From NCBI RefSeq assembly GCF_964355755.1, contig NC_092672.1, positions 13,454,001 to 13,518,000 on the forward strand: 64,000 nucleotides of DNA. The letters are read 5' to 3'. Of this stretch, positions 52,400-64,000 are shown one piece after another. The first letter of the stretch is position 1; each line of letters starts with the position of its first letter. Both the position numbers and the translations under genes were made by a program. The DNA is from Antedon mediterranea. Lineage: Eukaryota > Animalia > Echinodermata. The notes under the pieces are model-generated. The model worked only from the letters and a program-made list of their open reading frames with translations. It had not been told where the DNA came from and searched no databases.

Positions 52400-52545
52400 C
52401 AAACGAGAACTGTTGTACATACATTTTTAAAAAAAGACCTAGACCCTGTTGAATCAAATTCCTCTCTGCCATCCCCTCTCCTCGATCGATTATCTCTCCA
52501 TTATACCATAATAACAAATTTCCCTTTGGGATATCCTTCATTGTA
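52400..52545 (-). pseudogene. SET-domain N-terminal fragment
   Basis: KDIPKGNLLLWYNGEIIDRGEG matches the SET I.KG..l.eY.GEii motif. Confidence 0.55.
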
Positions 52546-52559
52546 ATTATTTTTCTACA

Positions 52560-55500
52560 TGCAATTTTGAAAAAAAGATATGAATTAAAGATTGTTTGAT
52601 TGTAGACAGACCCTCAAGAATGGCTGCTTTGGTTTCCTTCTGAACAACAAATTTACCAACCACACTGCAGTGTAACCAACATTTGTTTTGACTGCCAAAA
52701 AGAACAATGGCAAGGCATATCATGTGGTCTTATAGGTGGCATCAAGAAAACACAAGTTTGTTCCATATCTAGAGTAACATAAATATAATAAATAATAAAA
52801 GAACAGTGAAACCATAAAAAATATGAGGGTGATTGTCATCTTGGTTGTCAAAATATATCTGTCCCAAAGCTTCAATCACAAGAAAACAAATAACCTACCT
52901 GTTTAAAAGATGCCTCTGAAATTCTGTTTGATGAGCGAAAAAGAAAGCAGATGAACTTGAAGATGATTCAGCAGGAATCAATTCATTATCATCTTCATTA
53001 ACATAAAACTCCTTTGAGGGCTCAGAAGAAGCAAGCCTAAAAAAGTAGTTATCTAATGGATGTTGGTTCTGCCACTCCTCCATTTGTTGTTTCAGGTTCT
53101 CCTGATCTAGCTTTGAATACCTAAAAAAGGTTAGAATATTGGTACATAACTTAAAAGTAACAACATTTTTCGGTTTTTTAAATGAATAAGTTTATGGGAA
53201 ACAAAAAGGTACTGTACAGTAATAGGAGCAAACCAAAATGTGCACCCTGGTCATCAGAGATTTTCAATAATTCCCATAAATGTTTTCTACTGTATATATA
53301 TATATTTTGTAAGAGTAGAGCAACAATATAATTATGGTTTTATAAGCTGTAAATATAAAAAACAAACCTTAATGCTATTAAAGAAGTGTAAATATGGTTT
53401 CTCAATGTCTGGTGCTGCGGGTAGTAGGCTGTATCTGTCACAATACCGTTTCCACATATATTTGTTAATGCCTCCTCATCTCCTCTGTACCGTTTGCAGC
53501 TAAAACTGTTATGTTCCTGATCTGATGGTAGAGATAACAGCCTTCCTAAGCACTTGACTTTTCTCGTCACAAATGTAGTGTCTGGATTGGGAGACTAAGG
53601 GAAAGCAAGGCATTATGGGTTAAGGGAGATCGATGTAACCACATGGTTGGTAATCTGTATGTATACAGTACGTTGTACACACAATGAAAGATGCAATAAA
53701 TACACATAAGATATAACAAAAAATTCATTTATAAATAATCATAATTGCTTTTTAAAATGCATTTATGTTTAAATAAATAGAAAAGACAATAAATAGACAA
53801 TGCAGCTATTACAAACATTAAAATCTCAATGTCAGATTTAAAGTAAGGTACTGTAAACAAAATTGTGAAACTGTGAATTGTTATATAGTATTTTAATTTA
53901 AGTTTATACCTTAAATTCTGGAAATCTAATAATTTCCTTTAATTTTAGTTTTGCTGGGCAGCCTTTCTTTTTGAAACATTGCATCCTCCTTCTTCTCTTC
54001 TTTCCTGTTGGATGGTCACTCTATTATCAAGATTAACAAAATACAGCTTGATAATTATATCGATATTATAAAAATTAAATACTTCATTAGGGGTCAGAAT
54101 TAATTACTTACAGAATATGTATACACTATATTTAAAAATAATAAAATGTAATGTATGGATACCTTGGCTAAAAAAAAAGAAGCAGATAACCGTGAAAATG
54201 AACTCATTGTGCTTATTTCGTCCATACATACACCCTAACGTATATGATGCTGTTATCATATGAAAGGAACTCCATCAAAATCTATACCATCTTTCCTGCC
54301 TGAAAATCTTACCAAGTGTGATGCAATACCTTTGGAATGTAATATAGAAAAGGCATGTTAAAGCCCCATTCCCTACGTTTTTTAGATCTAATTTAAGATC
54401 ACAAACTATATTTAATGTAAAAATAATACTATATGGTCCTATTGCGATAACTTTTTTCGTCTTTAAACGGTTAAAAATGTGAAAAATAAGTCAATTCTAA
54501 TAATTATAGCGGCCCGCTATAAATCCCAAAATGCATTGCGCGCGGATTGATATTTTTGTTTTTCACCTGTAATTCGCCCACTTTTCGATCGATTGTGAGG
54601 CCAAAACAAATGGAAGACTCCTAACTTTTCAGCGAAAATACCGGGTTTTCCCTAATTTGTATCAACGGAGTCTGGCAAAAATAAAAATACAATTAATGTC
54701 AACGTCAGGCTAGGTATATAGGTAGCGTACGATGTTCGTACGTTACCGATGTTTACCAGCTAGGCCTACAAAACTAAGCCTAGCTAGGCTAGGCGTAAGA
54801 CCGTCCACGAGAGGTCGATCGCCGCGAGCTACTTAGGTAGTGCATTGTTTCTCACTTTTTATCATAATTTACCATAAAACGTACATTTAAGACAAGGAAT
54901 GACATGGTTTAATGTTTTTAAAGTGATATATATGTATTATTTTCCAAAAAACGTCCAAAATTGCAGGGAAGGGGTCTTTAAGTATTAGTATTTTGTATTC
55001 CTATAAATTTAAAAGGTTGTTGTCAATTAGTGAAATGTTTGTCTAAATATTCGTACTGTACCTGCCACTATTCCTAAGTTTGCCTGAAAAGATGGCCAAC
55101 CCTAGGCCTATATATATTTTTTTTTAAATCATATCCCTTTTCTTAAATAAAATAAACATATAAAAAGGTTGTACATCTATCCGATTTTTCACACAATAAA
55201 GGAAGTTAGTTAATGGGGGTGTGACAGCAAACAAAAGAAACAATACAACTTTTCTTGATATGTGATATTTATTGAATAGAAAGTTTCATATAAAATTGAA
55301 AATTTACTAGATCTAGTAGTACTAGGTCTATCCTAGTCTGGTCCCCTTTTTACAGTAGGCCTAGTAGTAGTAGTAGGCCTACGGCAAATCATGCAAGGTA
55401 TTGTCAAAATAAATCAAAATGCTCATTCAAAGTGTCGAAATATATCCCAACATGATGCCATGAATGTATAATTATGGTTTTACTTTATCTTAAACAACGA

Positions 55501-55852
55501 ATAAAGGGGCTAGGCTAACCGGTGCAGATGAGGTATTGATAAGACCAATTTCGCCAATTTCAACGTTGTCCTCCTGCTCTTCTACGCCGTTGGTGGTACA
55601 ATAGGCATTGGCCTGAGGCGGAAGCGGAGAAAACTTCATTTTTCCGAAGTCTCCCTTCTTGTTTCCAACGAAATGTAATGACTTCGCATTTTCGAATACG
55701 TTTCGTAGCTCTTTACAATCTGATAAACCACAAACCCACCCTTTTAAATAGTTTTCAGACTGAGAATTTAGAAATTTTGCCCACAATGGCAAACAATTTG
55801 TGTCAACTGACATGTTTTCAGGCTCACACAATACACACACAACACATTTCAT
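52560..55852 (-). pseudogene. Intron-containing MULE (CaRF-like N-terminus) transposase
   Basis: Exons DFDGVPF, KKGCPAKLKLKEIIRFPEFK, LPSDQEH, FFFAHQTEFQRHLLNR|YGNKLVFLDATYKTT*YALPLFFLAVKTNVGY; the 55490-55852 ORF as first exon is tentative. Confidence 0.75.
54362..54977. mobile_element. Kolobok-like non-autonomous element (616 bp)
   Basis: TTAA on both sides (54358-54361, 54978-54981); imperfect TIRs AGCCCCATTCCCTAC / AGACCCCTTCCCTGC starting with purines (piggyBac would start with CC). Confidence 0.8.
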
Positions 55853-55959
55853 AACTTCCCGCGAATCGCTGTATCAGGTTCCAATAATGAATATTCAACA
55901 CGTCTGTAAATGGGCGCTAGTGCTGCGCAGTGTTGGCAACCGTCACGCATAGTTATATA

Positions 55960-56243
55960 TCTATCTAATACGGGCAGTTACGGGCACCAGTACTGCAGAC
56001 TGCATGTTTATGTCTAATGTTAAAGAGTTTAAATGGGCACCATTGCTGCAGATGGGCACCATCCGTGTATGTTTATATATCTATCTAATGTTAAAGAGTT
56101 AATATGGGCACCAGTGCTGCAGATGGGCACCAGCCGTGCATGTTTATATCTATCTAATGTTAAAGAGTTAATATGGGCACCAGTGCTGCAGGTGGGCACC
56201 AGCCGTGCATGTTTATATCTATCTAATGTTAAAGAGTTAAATA
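55960..56243. repeat. 69-bp tandem repeat, ~4 copies
   Basis: CTATCTAATGTTAAAGAGTTAA at 56081, 56150, 56219; degenerate copies upstream. Confidence 0.9.
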
Positions 56244-56689
56244 CTTAGCCTACTATGAGCAACAATACATGGAGAACTGGTTGAACTTGTAGACGTCTGT
56301 TAGTATAAAACATTAGAAACATTTTTAATTACCATTATAATTAGATTTCATATTGTCATCTTTTGTAGTCAAATGATATACAGTATACTGTAAATATCAT
56401 GCAATGTTACGATCAACACATGTGTTAAATTGCAAACATTGAGTTTTTAATGGGAATACTGTATTACCAAAAGTTTGTCAATCGAATACATTGTGTCAAT
56501 ATTCACTTAAATTAAGATAAGGTAATTAAAACAAATTCCTTATAAAACACTGGGAGGAATTTTCAACTCTTTCTGAAAATTAGTGAATACATTCATCTGG
56601 ATCACTCTGAACTTTTGTGACACTTTATTTTCTTTTTAGTTTTGGAAGACATTCTGAAATGCTTATAAAACCTCTTAGAAATACTGTAT

Positions 56690-57045
56690 ACTCACCTCTG
56701 TACACATGACAGAACTATTAAATGGTTCATTGAAGTAGCTTGAAATAACTTATATTGTTCCCAAAACCTGGGGAGTGTTATCTTCTTTTCTGATCACTGC
56801 TTCTTCTATCTTCTTCATTACATCTTGTATATTCTCAACATCGGATATAGTTTACGTTCGGCTTTTTTGTAACTATATGTTTTATGATTCTTATGAATCT
56901 TCCTTTTGAAAGTTTGTGCTGTAGGCCTATTGATGTGATTGTTGTCTCATACACGTTGAAAGTTTCGTCCATGGTATATGCAAATACATTTTTGCCGTGT
57001 ATAGTTGGATTTGGAAGGACGTACACTGCTATCGACGACATCTGT
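56690..57045 (-). pseudogene. Diverged paralog of the block A OB-fold-like gene
   Basis: MSSIAVYVLPNP..YTMDETFNVYETT..KGRFIRIIKH..KKPN aligns with the 29.7-30.0 kb exon. Confidence 0.7.
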
Positions 57046-57449
57046 TAAAATTTAAAAAAAATTACTACTTTAATAACGATATTATTGTTGTCGTACACAA
57101 GATTTCTACGTAATGTTGACTCATTAAGCCTACAGGTTACAGCAGTAACTAAGACATTTTAAAATATTGAAGTTACAGATTTTTTTATGGATTAACTTTT
57201 CAGTTCAAATCCAACAGACGAATTTTTTATTTATTTATTTATTACCATATTTACTGAGGGTAGCCTATCCAGTTCCTAATAGAACTGATCATTCAGGGCC
57301 CTCGATAAAACATACATACAGTACAACACATAAACTATTAAATATTCAAATGACATAAAATATATTAAAGGCTTAAAAATTTACAATGAGAGCACGCACG
57401 CTTTGCAACTTGTTTTTAAATTGTATCGCGCACATGCGCATATCAATGT

Positions 57450-58195
57450 TAAAATAACACTTGGACGTTATTTACAAAATAGATTAATGCATATAGATAA
57501 CAGATTTGCAAACAATACAGAATTCATATTTTATGCTCAATCTATATACGAACTTCAACAAATGTTATCAAGTATTTCCATTGCTTTGCAAAAAGGGTCG
57601 AGTAAAAAGGATGATTTTAGTAAACTAACTATATCTGATTTGAAAAATGCTAACAAAATTGAGGAGATTTTGAAATCTGATAAGGGTTATAAATTTTTTA
57701 AACAAATACGCGGAACTCCGCCTTAAAGGCAAGCAACACAGAAAGATGTAATATCAATGGTTAGACAGATTGGCAAGCCAGCATTCTTTCTTTCATTTTC
57801 AAGTAAAGATTTCCGCTGGAAAGAAATAATGACGACTTTATTAAGTCAAACAGGAGACCAACGAAATATCGATGAATTGGAATGGACAGACAAATGTAAT
57901 TTGCTAAAATCGAATCCAGTGACTGTTGCCAGGAATGTTCGACAAATGCTTTCATACTTTTTTAAAAAGAGAAATTTTGTCTGAAGCAAATCCTATTGGT
58001 AAAGTTATAGATTATTTTTACAGAATTGAATTTCAAATTAGAGGAAGTCCACATGTTCATATGTTAGTGTGGGTCGAAAATGCTCCTGTTTTTGGTTTAG
58101 ATGAAGATAAGGAAATTGTTGATTTTGTTGATAAGTATATTTCTTGTGCCGTACCATGCAAAATTGTAGATCCTGAAATGAATGAAATCGTTATA
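57450..58195 (+). mobile_element. Helitron/Helentron Rep (HUH endonuclease) fragment
   Basis: [59 protein letters not shown] (HUH motif). Confidence 0.93.
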
Positions 58196-58600
58196 GTTGA
58201 TAATTCAGTAATTGTTTAGTTGATTTGATTTATAGTATGTGTAGTTAATAGTTAGGATTGTTTAGTTGATTTAAACACAACACATGTAGTTGATAATTAT
58301 ACTTTGTGTAGTTGATTTAAACACAATATATTTAGTTAATTTATCAGTAATTGTTTAGTTGATTTAATCACAATAAATGTAGTTGATAATCAGTAATTGT
58401 TTAACTGATTTAAACACAATTAATGTAGTTGAATAATTATAGTTATTGTTTAGTTGATGATAGTTAGTGTAGTTAATTTATCAGTCATTGTTTAGTTGAT
58501 TTAATCACAATAAATGTAGTTTATTGTTCAGTAAATATTTAGTTATTTAAACACAACATGTAGTTGATAATTCAGTAATTGTTTAGTTGATATGTTGATA
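58195..58600. repeat. Degenerate ~50-60-bp AT-rich tandem repeat
   Basis: Recurrent CAGTAATTGTTTAGTTGATTTAA(A/T)CACAA..TGTAGTTGATAAT, ~7 units. Confidence 0.85.
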
Positions 58601-59351
58601 TGTCTTTACAACAAGTTTTAGAAGTATAGCCTACCCATTAGAAAATCTGAATATGATCGTTTTTTTGTTTTTCTCTTTCCTGGGCCAGTTGGCATTTCAT
58701 TACTTGATTCGTCGGCGGTGGTGTCATCATATGCCTCGCACTCGCCTTTAAAAAAAAAAAAATTATTAATATAAAACCGTTCTACACAAATGATTTACAG
58801 TATGAGGTTTTATCATTACGAAATTAGGTGAACAGTTGTGCATGGGTTACTCAGATTACATTAAAGATATTGTATTTGATTGTCCCCTTGAAAAAATAAT
58901 TTACATATATTGTTTCACCCGATTCTGCTACTGTCCACAGGCTCTACCTGTAAAACTATAGCAAGTTATACACGTTATTGTCTATCATAAATGCTGTACT
59001 TTTAACACACGGTACACTGTCTGTAACACACTGTCTGTTGACAATTTACAATGATGTACAAAGGTAGGCTATCCAATCCGTGACGCTTGGATCGCCGTGA
59101 CGCTTGGATCGCCGGGGAACCATTGCTGCTCGGGTCGCTGGTGCTGTTTCCGGTTTCGCGACATACTTTTGACGCGACGTATCTTCAGCAATACCTAGAT
59201 GTATATGTAGATAAATTTTAATTAATCGATACATTAACTGATTGTGTCAATTGTAAGAATGCGTAAAATCGTGTTAAGCCTTAGTGAGTTGTTGCGGCCT
59301 ACAAGTACAAGGTCGAAACGACCCAGGCCAGAACGACACGAGCCCGAACAA

Positions 59352-59671
59352 CGACTCTCAGTCATTTCGTCCAGATTCTTTTCAATCGAGACGTTTCGCC
59401 CCTTTGAGAATTTGGAGGGTCATTCCAAAAATAACTGTTTTTAAAAAACCACCAAATAGTCCTATGGTTTTTATCACAACTCAATGTTTTATGGTTTATC
59501 AAACCATAGAAAAAATCAAACAATTCATCCCTGTGCAGACATAGATTTTGGAAAAAACACTTCCGGGGGTTAACCGGAAGTTAACCCCCGACACACATAG
59601 GCGCAAATAATTATTTTGGGCGTTCCATAACCGGTGGCCGAAATGACTGGCGGCCGAAATGATCAGACACC
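59352..59671. mobile_element. Possible MITE with GTCATTTCG(G/T)CC terminal motifs
   Basis: Left CAGTCATTTCGTCC is inverted relative to right GGCCGAAATGACTG and GGCCGAAATGATCAG; no TSD found. Confidence 0.4.
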
Positions 59672-61783
59672 ACTACTACTACGAGCCTAGGCCTATTAAT
59701 AATCATTGTAAACTCAGTGTTTATTATTTAAGCCTAAGCCTAATACTTTTTCACAATAAACAACTCCCTAAATGGGCCAGGCTAGAATGAATAGCCTAAT
59801 AATATTAATAATCTGTACTACTACTAGTACTACTGATCACGGTTAGCTAGGTAAGCTATTCTTGCACATTCTGTTGCAGGAATGTCACTTTGGCTTTGCG
59901 AATTGTGATGACATTTCGCACCTTTTACTAGAATATGATACTACTAGCCTATATCCGACAGGGACCAGGCAGTGACAAATTTATTTTTCCCTGGAATAAG
60001 TACGGTTAAACTGGTGGCTATGCAACATCATTTTCAACAATTCACTATATATATTCCAAGAAATGAGATACACGTCATTGTGCTTTTTTTTATTTCAACA
60101 TTATGTCATCATATATCAATGTCGAAATATTGAATCAAAGCATGATGTGTATCTCATTTCTTGGAGTATGTATTATACTTTCTTAATTGAAGTTAATCCA
60201 TGGACATTTTGGTTAACTGATATTAGTATTTATAAACTGTGCAATAACATTTTTATTGAAATTAAAGGGAGTTTATTTGAGAATTCAAACAATACACATC
60301 CATCATCAGGATTTAGCAGTCCACATCCTTCCGTCTTTGTCTCTTGTCTGTGTTCTAATTGTGTGTTTTTTGTGTATATGCAGTGGTTACTTTAAACGTG
60401 TACACCAAATGAGAAACAATTTACGATTTGAAAAACATTCAATCCTTTGTATTGCATTAACCTTTTTTTTTATACCTTAGCTGTATATACATAAGCATGT
60501 AATAAACATTTCATATTAAAGCTCAGGTACAGGCATGAAATTTTAATAAAATTTTGGTTAATTGTACATAAATCAAATATTTGTAACAGAAATCAAGACG
60601 AAAAAAACATGAATTTCCCTTAATATGGTCAAATACAAAATTTGGCAAAATTTTTACATAAAAAGCAGGAAGACTTTTTTACAGTAGTTAGGTGGTGAAA
60701 AAAGATGGTTGATTTACGGTGGATAATTTTTGCTATAGCATGAAAATAAATATCTGAAGTTGAATAAAAATACCAGAAATGTAATATTCAAGTTATATTA
60801 CCTATCTGATAACATTTTTTACCACACTGTTTAGTTTTCATAGCTTTTTAAAATGCCTCTCTATTTACAAAATTTGTGTACAAAAGAATAGAGATTTTAC
60901 TGTGTAATTTGAACTATCCCCCCACTGATAAGAAAGTGCTTATTTTCAACAAGCTTGTGTAACACAAATAAAATCCCAAAAATTATGAAACATAGGGGAT
61001 ACTATAGATCGATAATTATTGGAATGTATGATCAATAGAAATTTTTTGCCTGCACCTGGCCTTTAAAGTGGGCATGTAACGCTATTGTAAGGGTGGTATA
61101 CCGGAAAAATAGCTTTTTTTTTAAACATTTCTCCTATAAACGTTTCTCCAATTAAAAAGTGTGATTTAGAATGACCCATTTCAAGGTGATAGTAGCCTGT
61201 TTTAACAGAATGGTTGATAATAATTTATTTTTTTTTAGATTTTATATACGCCTTTCTTATTGGTAATGGGATGTTTATAGCTGGTTCCCAGGTCTGTTCA
61301 TTGTCATTATACCCATGCCACTTCACAAGGTATTGCAGTTTCTTCCTTCTTATTCTGGTCTTTACAATTCTTTCCACGCTATATTCTATTTGAAAAAAAA
61401 AGATATTACCACAGTGTTATCACAAGAGAAACATATATTCTGTATAATATAAGGAGAACAGTACTGCATAACCCCCAAACAACAATCCATTCAAAATACT
61501 TTGGTTGCAAACAATTTTCTTTTTATATAACTTTTTTAATTAAAAAACAATATGCAGCAAGTCTAAAAATCAATTTTCATCATCATTTGGTACACTTTAA
61601 TTATTAGAATAATTTGAAAGTTAACTAGTAGAAATTGGATATTCAAATAAAACTCTACCTGGATTAAATTACATAGTTATAAAATATGTATATATAAATG
61701 CAATATATAAATCAAAGAGCTGCATAGGCAGGATATAGAAAAAAATCAAGATCAAATAAGTTAAAACTGCCTCAATATAGATT

Positions 61784-61828
61784 TATTTTAACGACATGTT
61801 TCGGGCATAGCCCATCATCAGGTGAAAA
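61784..61828 (-). ncRNA. Minimal type I hammerhead ribozyme
   Basis: UUUUCAC-CUGAUGA-U-GGGC-UAU-GCCC-GAAAC-AU-GUC-GUUAAAA: conserved core, 4-bp stem II, palindromic ACAUGU stem III, GUC site, stem I with one mismatch. Confidence 0.85.
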
Positions 61829-62048
61829 GAATTGTAACAAAGGATAACATAATAAGTCACAAAATTACATAATAAAACAAATCAGCCAATCAAAGATGTT
61901 AACAAACAAAAGGCATAGTTATAAAGGCACGCCTCCAAAAGCTATGGTGTACAAAGCAGGAATGGTTGCTTATAAAGCAGGAAATTTAAAACAAAGACAA
62001 AAGCTTCAAGTGTAAATAATTGTTAATATGTGAATGTCTCTGGCAAAA

Positions 62049-64000
62049 TTAATGTTTAAAGGATCTAAATTGTACATTTATGCCGGTAGGGGCAAGAGTG
62101 CCAAGCTTTACAATTATTCTTTCTTCTATAATTCTACGAGATGTCTCAGAACCATTACATATTTTAACACCAGAAATAGTAATATCCGAAAGGGAATGCT
62201 CATTATTACAAAAATGGGTGGCTGCGTTTAGTTTCACCAATATAAAGCATATTACATTTAGTACACGAAATACAATAAACTAGATTTCTAGTGGTGCACG
62301 TAATACGATCTGTGATAACATAATTACCAGAAGGTCCTACTATTTGGTTTGAACATGAAACGTAATTACATGTCGAACACATGCTTTGATCACGTCTGTA
62401 AGCTATCATGGGTGGTTCTTGAAAAATATCTTTTGTAGCGGATTTATCTTCAGTCAAAATTGAAAAGTTATCGCGGACAATGTTAATAACCTTCTTATTC
62501 ATAGGATGATACGTGAGGACTAGAGGTATGCGGTCACAAGCATTTGTATTATGTGTAGGTTGCAATGTGTCCTCGTGCGTTAACTGGCAAACTTTTCTTA
62601 GAGATTTCACAGTAATGTCAGATGGATATTCGCGTGCATTGAAAAAATCGATCATCTCAGATCTAACAAGTCTAACAAGTTGCGAATACGGTATAGCATT
62701 CTTACAAGCTGGAGGATGCAAAGAGTTGTAATTTAGATAAGTGTGCGCGTCAGTATCTTTGTAGTGGACGGATGTAGAAAGACCAGGTTTATCAATAGAT
62801 AAACTAATATCAAGGAAAGGCACACACTTGTCAGAAATTTCATGAGTAAACTTTATAGCAGGATGAAAATTGTTCACAAAGTTAATGAACTCATTAAGTT
62901 CATCTAAAGTTCCCGACATAACACCAACACAATCATCAATATACCGTTTGAATAAATCTGGTTTCTTTCTCTTATAATCTCGTAACACATTCTGCTCAAA
63001 ATACCCCATAAAGAGGCAAGCAAAGTTAGGTCCCATTTTTGTACCTATGCTTATCCCAGAAACTTGCCGAAAAAAATTTCCATTGAAGTTGAAGGCTGTA
63101 GTATTAAGTACAAGTTCAGCGAGACGCAGTATTGTCGATGCGGGATATTTAATTGAATTATCTAGTTCAATAAAATGTCTCATTGCGCTAAGTCCATCTT
63201 GAATAGGAATTGATGTGTATAAGGCCGTAACATCCATTGTAAAAAGATAAGCACTCTCAGATGAAAATGTATAATCTTTAAACAAAACTACAGCTTCTTT
63301 GCTATCTTTGATGTAGGTTGGCAGATTTTGTACAATTGGCTTCAAGATTCCATCCAAGAACTCGCTAATAACAACTGTAGGCGCGTTACAAGCGGAAACA
63401 ATAGGTCTACCAAGACTGTTAGTCTTGTGTATTTTAGGTAACATGTAAAAGCTAGGACAAGTGGCGTCAGAATTAATCAATATATGGGCTGTAGAAGGAA
63501 GCTCTTTCTTCTTAATCATACTATTTAAAGTCTTCTTAACAATACCAATATCAGAATCAGTAGGATCGGCATCAAGTGGCTGATATACGTCAAGATTAGA
63601 AAGTTGTCTTTCTCCCTCTGTAATATATAGGTCCCTTCTCCAAACCACAGTAGCACCACCTTTATCTGCTCGTTTAATAACGTAGTCATGATTACCTTTA
63701 AGCGATCTAATGGCAGCTTGCTTTCCTTTTGACAAATTACAAATATTCTTTGGTTGTTTTAACTTAAGCTTGTTAATCTCTCGTTTGCAAGTATTGACAT
63801 ACAGATCAAGTTCAGCGAACATACCTTGTGGCGGTGTCCAGCTAGATGGCTTCTTATTCAGCAACTGGAATTCATCTTTTGTTGTTACATTTGTCTGATT
63901 CTTGCCGTGAAAGTTTGCTTTGAGTCGTAAACGTCTGTAATATTGATCCATGTCTTGTTTAAGCTGGAAATCATCAATCTCTTTCCTTATAGGAATAAAA
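62049..64000 (-). mobile_element. Penelope-like element: RT plus GIY-YIG endonuclease, runs off the window
   Basis: 581-aa ORF with ADKGG, LPKIHK, GRPIVS, MDVTALYTSIP, GTKMGP, RYIDD, FLDI, NLVYCISC..C..LYIGETKR; rest of the endonuclease in shifted frame (HF..LGTLAPTGIN). Confidence 0.97.

Noticed and set aside
59385-59410. GACGTTTCG as a second hammerhead
   Set aside because: No matching CUGA(U/N)GA core at the right distance.

Overview
AT-rich eukaryotic (metazoan, probably marine invertebrate) DNA that is almost entirely a nested graveyard of decayed transposable elements. I see no intact host gene, rRNA, tRNA or CRISPR array. Recognisable remnants: Gypsy and BEL LTR elements (with LTRs and primer-binding sites), an L2/CR1-type LINE split by a hAT-like element with a 7-bp TSD, a nearly intact Penelope-like element with a hammerhead ribozyme, a Helitron Rep, and P, THAP/Kolobok-like, MULE, Tc1, Sola-like, CACTA-like, hAT-like and Transib/RAG1-like transposases, plus several MITEs, minisatellites and a patchwork of local duplications (22-38 kb). 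Most unusual: (1) an intronless, GC-rich TatD-family nuclease gene at 42.8-43.5 kb; (2) a Gypsy element whose putative ~2.2-kb LTR seems to contain a whole promoter-ORF-polyA unit (49.5-51.7 kb), possibly the same element as the TatD; (3) a P-element transposase whose N-terminus is a Chapa/RAG1-N-like zinc finger instead of THAP (26.5-28.0 kb). All family calls come from motif recognition by eye; no searches were run.
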